Shown: positions 33,543 to 37,646 of the stretch, in pieces
Position numbering within the stretch: the stretch's first letter is position 1
How the letters are laid out: the number at the start of each line of letters is the position of its first letter
IMG/VR virus record: IMGVR_UViG_3300011337_000396
Location: 1 to 37,646 of that record
From: a virus
Lineage: Duplodnaviria > Caudoviricetes
Length of the DNA: 37,646 nt
Direction: 5' to 3' (one strand)
The notes under the pieces: generated by a model
Told to the model about the DNA's origin: nothing
The model's database searches: none
The model's input: only the letters and a program-made list of their open reading frames with translations
Position numbers and translations under genes: made by a program

Positions 33543-33980
33543 CTACGTCGGGAAGCCATTCTTCTTCGCCCAAGCGCGGGCGTCGAAAGAAGGACACGCT
33601 TTGTTGATGCCGGGGAAATCTCGATGCCCCAGCACCTTGGCGTTTGGGTACTTTCGCACAAGAACGGTCAGCAAGTCGCGCAGAGACGCCCACTGCTCCG
33701 CCGTAAAGTTGTCTTCGGGCACGGTGAAGTCGCTTTGCTTGACGCCACCCACAAGGCAAATGCCAAGACTGGCGGCGTTGTAGCGGGCAACGTGGGCGCC
33801 GACGCTCTGCTCCGACCGCCCCTTTTCGACCCGACCGTCGCGCCGGATCACATAGTGGTAGCCGATGTCCCGCCACCCTTGAGCCTGGTGCCAGCGGCGG
33901 ATGTCCGCCGCCCCCACGTCCATGGCCGGGCGGGTAGCGGAGCAGTGCAGCACTATGTGCTTTGTGGATTTGCGGTCCAT
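33543..33980 (-). CDS. N-acetylmuramoyl-L-alanine amidase endolysin (T7 gp3.5-like)
   Basis: IVLHCSAT, DIGYHYVI, GAHV, GICLVGG, GHRDF..KACPSFD Zn-ligand motifs. Confidence 0.95.
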   Translation of the reverse strand: MDRKSTKHIVLHCSATRPAMDVGAADIRRWHQAQGWRDIGYHYVIRRDGRVEKGRSEQSVGAHVARYNAASLGICLVGGVKQSDFTVPEDNFTAEQWASLRDLLTVLVRKYPNAKVLGHRDFPGINKACPSFDARAWAKKNGFPT

Positions 33981-34216
33981 CAGGACTTATCCGCCTTGTT
34001 CTCCAGCTTATCGTAGATGCGCTGGAACATGTCCTCGATGTGCTTCATGCGCTTATCAAGGTCGTTCTTGCTGACGTAGCTCTTGGGGAGGTCAACCTCG
34101 ATGTCGTGCAGGTCGTCCTTCAGCTTCTGCACTGAGTCCCATATGACACGCGCCCACCAGCCGATACCGGCAAGAAGAAGCCCGCCACCGATGTTGATAA
34201 GCGACTGATGGTCCAT
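33980..34216 (-). CDS. Single-TM coiled-coil protein (holin/antiholin-like)
   Basis: N-terminal TM, YVSKND, LENKADK end; coupled to the amidase. Confidence 0.65.
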   Translation of the reverse strand: MDHQSLINIGGGLLLAGIGWWARVIWDSVQKLKDDLHDIEVDLPKSYVSKNDLDKRMKHIEDMFQRIYDKLENKADKS

Positions 34217-34218
34217 GA

Positions 34219-36990
34219 TTACCTAACCATTGAGTTACGGTTTTCCTGCGGCGCGAAGCTGTTGCCGATATATTCGCCGGCTACGCCTGCCCCCGTCAAT
34301 GCTCGCGCGCCGCGCTCCACACCCACGGGGATGGTCAACGGCGCGGGGCGCGCTGTCCGGCCCTTGAGCGCAATAGCGTCTTCCAGCAGCGGGATAAGTT
34401 TGTCAGGGTCGCGGTACATCACTTCAACAGCATAGGCGACAGCCTTACGGTTGACGCGCTCTTCGAGCTTCTGAACAGCTTTCTTGATCGTGGTGTACAC
34501 GGGCGTGAAATACGCAGGTGCATCCGCCGCCCGCGTTCCCAGCGCCGCCGCCTGCTCAGACCCCATCTGCTTGGCGGCGCGGTCGGGCGGCGTGCCAAGC
34601 TCCTCGACCTGACGCATCCGCTTCAGATCGTCAGCGACCACCTTGAGGTCGGTCAGCTCAGCCGGCGTGAATGTGCGCGACAACTGGACCGGCGACAGGA
34701 TGTCGGTCTTGGGGGCCTGCTTGGCGACGGCGGCCAGATCGCGCTGGAACTCGGCCAGCCCGCGCAGGTCGGCGTAGACCTTAGCGCCGTCCTTACCGAG
34801 CCCGGTGCGGATCGTCTTGCGGTTCTCATTCAAGAACTTCAGCGCCGCGTCGGGATCGCCGGCCTTGATAAGGCTGGTGGTGCGGTTCTGGATTTCCTGC
34901 GACATGGCCTCGCGCCCGCCGGGTGACAGACGCTGGCGGATGAAATCCATCTCGACCGGCGACTTCAGCGCCACGTCAACCAGCTCCTTGGCGCTGCGGG
35001 GCTTTTTCATCCGGGCGGTGTCGGCAGCCAGCGCGTCAAGATTTGACTGCGCCTTGGCGGCTTCCGCGCGCAGCCCCTCCAGCACCGGTCGCAGCGAGGT
35101 GCCGCTGCCGGCGTCGAGCGTGTCGAGCTGGCGGCCGTAGTCAGCGAGGAACTGCTCCATCCGGGCCGGGTTGAGGAAGCCGGTGGCCGGGTCGCGCGAG
35201 GACTCGCGCAGCCAGTCGGCCACGCCGGTACGCATAGCCGTGACCGCCTGCGGGTCACGCTCAAACGTGCGGACGAACTGTGATGCGCCCTCTTCGGTCT
35301 TGAGGAAGGACGGCACGGTTTCGCTGGGGCGCGTGCCGGGCATGTTGAAGCGCGTCTCGCTCAACATGCGCCCGGTCTCGCCTGTGCGGAAGCGCGGCAA
35401 CTGCTCCTCACGAACAAGGCGGCGCGCCTCACCATACAGCTTTTGTGCTTCAGCCGGAACGCCGGACGTTTTAAGCGCCTCGTCCATCTGCTGTATGACA
35501 GACCGAATTCCCGCAGCTCGCACACGGTCTGTATCAGCAACCGCGCGCGCCTGCTTTCCGAGCGCCGACCGGATCGACTGGAAGTCTTCCAGCGACACTA
35601 CCGGCGCAACGCCCAGCGACGGCTCGTATGGCTCGATCTTGAGCAAGTTGCGCACGCCCGGCGAGACAGTGCCGGGGTCAACAATAGCGCCGACGTCGCC
35701 CAGCAGCCGCTCGGCACCGGCCAGCGGACGGGACAGGTCGATACTGGGGGCGGGCGCGTCAGCATCGAAGGCAGCGCGGAACGCTGGCTGTATTGTCTGC
35801 CTTTTGAACTCTTCAGCCATCGCGCCGCCGCGCGCCTGAATTGCGCCGCCGGGGGCGGCCTGTCCCGTGTCGGGCAGCGTCGCGGCAACACGACCCGCAC
35901 GCGCCTCGCCCGCCGCGCGCTCGGCGGCCAGATTACGCAGAAGGTCGTCGCGCACGAGTTTGACTTGCGCGGTCTGCTCAGGTGTAAGGTTGGCGGCCTG
36001 CGTCTTGACGTAGTCGTCGATGCGCGCGAGCTGCTCCTGAATGGCCGACAGGCGTTGCTGTTGGAGTTGGAAAATCTGCTGACCGGCTTCCGGCGCGTTC
36101 GCCGCGACGCCCGCCTCCAGCTTAGCCAGTCCGACGCTGGGTGCGCCGCCCGCAATCATGCGCTCCGACAGCGACGGGCTGGGCGCGCCGGGCGTGACGG
36201 GCATGTTCTGCGTCTGACGCAGCGCGTTCAGCACCGGCTCAGCGCCGCCGCCCGCCTCAATGATCCGATTGACTGCGACGGCCTCCGGCGCGACCAGCGG
36301 CTCCAGCGCGCGCGGCACGAATGACTGGATAGCCCCCGGCGCAGCCCGCAGCGCGTTGACGCCCGCCATACCTGCGCGCGCCGTCTGCATCAGTGGGTCC
36401 GTGGCCGTGGCGGCGCGGGCAAGCATGTTGGATGTTGCAGGCGCGACGCGAGCTGTCGCCATCGCGCCGCCGGTCAAAATGGTTGACAAATCCGCCGCCG
36501 TTTGGATTGGGCGCGTGGCGACAGATCGCTTTATGGCCTCCCAAGAGCCGTAGTTTTCGGCCAGTTGACCGCCAGCAATTTTAGCCGCGTTGGAAATGCG
36601 CTCTACGTACTCAGGGTCGTAAAGCGAGTCGAGGTACTTAGATGCGCTTTCAGGCAGCACTGCCTGACGGGCGGCACGGACGCCACCGCGCACTACGTCA
36701 AGCGCGCCACCGAGCGTCTGTACGGGGGTTGAAGCCGCCGCGATAAGATTGCGGCCGTACTCAACCAAATCACCCGGCGCATTTACGAGAGCCTGCCCCG
36801 GCACGTCGGCTAGGTCAAAAGAAGGTTTTTCCTCGGCCAAACCAAACCGCTGACGGATCGCTGTCTGTGTCGCCGCGTTAGCCTTCGCATAGTCAGGCAT
36901 AGCCGCGATGTGCTTGTCAAAGATAGCGCGTTTCGTCGCCGGGTTAGCGTTGATGTAGTCGGGGCTCTCAAGGATCTGAGATGCGTCCAT
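34219..36990 (-). CDS. Large putative ejection protein (P22 gp16 position)
   Basis: 923 aa, Ala-rich helical, no Cys; third gene of the ejection trio. Confidence 0.7.
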   Translation of the reverse strand: MDASQILESPDYINANPATKRAIFDKHIAAMPDYAKANAATQTAIRQRFGLAEEKPSFDLADVPGQALVNAPGDLVEYGRNLIAAASTPVQTLGGALDVVRGGVRAARQAVLPESASKYLDSLYDPEYVERISNAAKIAGGQLAENYGSWEAIKRSVATRPIQTAADLSTILTGGAMATARVAPATSNMLARAATATDPLMQTARAGMAGVNALRAAPGAIQSFVPRALEPLVAPEAVAVNRIIEAGGGAEPVLNALRQTQNMPVTPGAPSPSLSERMIAGGAPSVGLAKLEAGVAANAPEAGQQIFQLQQQRLSAIQEQLARIDDYVKTQAANLTPEQTAQVKLVRDDLLRNLAAERAAGEARAGRVAATLPDTGQAAPGGAIQARGGAMAEEFKRQTIQPAFRAAFDADAPAPSIDLSRPLAGAERLLGDVGAIVDPGTVSPGVRNLLKIEPYEPSLGVAPVVSLEDFQSIRSALGKQARAVADTDRVRAAGIRSVIQQMDEALKTSGVPAEAQKLYGEARRLVREEQLPRFRTGETGRMLSETRFNMPGTRPSETVPSFLKTEEGASQFVRTFERDPQAVTAMRTGVADWLRESSRDPATGFLNPARMEQFLADYGRQLDTLDAGSGTSLRPVLEGLRAEAAKAQSNLDALAADTARMKKPRSAKELVDVALKSPVEMDFIRQRLSPGGREAMSQEIQNRTTSLIKAGDPDAALKFLNENRKTIRTGLGKDGAKVYADLRGLAEFQRDLAAVAKQAPKTDILSPVQLSRTFTPAELTDLKVVADDLKRMRQVEELGTPPDRAAKQMGSEQAAALGTRAADAPAYFTPVYTTIKKAVQKLEERVNRKAVAYAVEVMYRDPDKLIPLLEDAIALKGRTARPAPLTIPVGVERGARALTGAGVAGEYIGNSFAPQENRNSMVR

Positions 36991-37646
36991 TACCGGCGGC
37001 CTCCAAGGAGCGGGTTAGACATATCGACCTCGCCACCGGCTGCCGAACCAGACGCGCTACCCGGCGCAATCTGAAGTGGCTTACCAGAAGAAATTGACTC
37101 AAGGTTTTTCTTGAGCTGGCGGAACGCCGCAAGACGCTGGTTGGCAGGCTTATTCGGGTTTCCGATGTCGGCCAGCGTTGCCCGGACCAACTCCACGTCT
37201 CTGTCGGAGATACCAGCACCCAACTTGCCGCCCAAGAGGCGCATCGTAATGTCGCCCGCGATGGTCTCAAGCTGCCCTATGCGCTCCATACCAGACGTAG
37301 CAACGCCTGTGAGGCTGGCAACTGTACCCGCCGCGCCGCGCTGCAAGTATCCCGACGTGGATCGCCGGATAAGATTTTCGATTTCCGGGTCGGCCAGAAC
37401 ATTAAGAACTTCCGCCGCGCCGCGCCGCCGCGCCTCAGAGCTAACATCACCTTTGGCCGTTTCCACAGCGCGTGTCTTCTCAGCTTCCGCAGCCGCTCTT
37501 GGGCTAAGCCCAGCAGCTTCCGGCGCAGCAGCGCGCGGCTGGATGATCGGCGCTGCGCCGGGCGTCTCCATTGCCTGCGGCGCAGCCAGACCCATCGCCC
37601 CTTGACCGAACAACTGAGGCCAGGCTGCCCGCGCGCTTTGGTCTAG
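36990..37646 (-). CDS. C-terminal part of the ejection protein starting at 956
   Basis: Frame open from the window end; GAGISDRDVE motif; TAATG coupling to the 923-aa gene. Confidence 0.8.
   Translation of the reverse strand, partial: LDQSARAAWPQLFGQGAMGLAAPQAMETPGAAPIIQPRAAAPEAAGLSPRAAAEAEKTRAVETAKGDVSSEARRRGAAEVLNVLADPEIENLIRRSTSGYLQRGAAGTVASLTGVATSGMERIGQLETIAGDITMRLLGGKLGAGISDRDVELVRATLADIGNPNKPANQRLAAFRQLKKNLESISSGKPLQIAPGSASGSAAGGEVDMSNPLLGGRR
37465..37646. repeat. Right copy of imperfect terminal direct repeat
   Basis: 173/182 identical to positions 1-182. Confidence 0.97.

Overview
Apparently complete, circularly permuted ~37.5 kb genome of a GC-rich podovirus-type phage; promoter style, a DnaA-C protein and a KGG protein suggest an alphaproteobacterial host (inference). 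Positions 1-182 repeat 37465-37646 with 9 mismatches, and one ejection-protein gene reads across that junction. There are four blocks. (i) A long minus-strand late operon with a P22-like virion module: terS, terL, three Lys-rich peptides, portal, fibre, scaffold, coat, gp4/gp10-like proteins, collar fibre, a cupin-SET fusion and three ejection proteins, ending in amidase, holin and spanins. (ii) A ~750 bp non-coding control region (17488-18253) with origin- and packaging-like repeats. (iii) A plus-strand early/accessory operon (18254-24945). (iv) A divergent replication module: Cas4-like exonuclease, SSB-like protein, family A polymerase and primase-helicase on the minus strand; VRR-NUC and SNF2 helicase on the plus strand. 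No integrase, repressor, tRNA or CRISPR array was recognised. Best observations: a complete type II hammerhead ribozyme whose open stem can extend over the next gene's RBS; an array of five small genes joined by a repeated stop/RBS/start junction with swapped cargo domains; a cupin-SET methyltransferase inside the virion module together with histone-tail-like Lys-rich peptides; and several RBS-sequestering RNA structures. All family assignments come from motif recognition by eye, not database searches.
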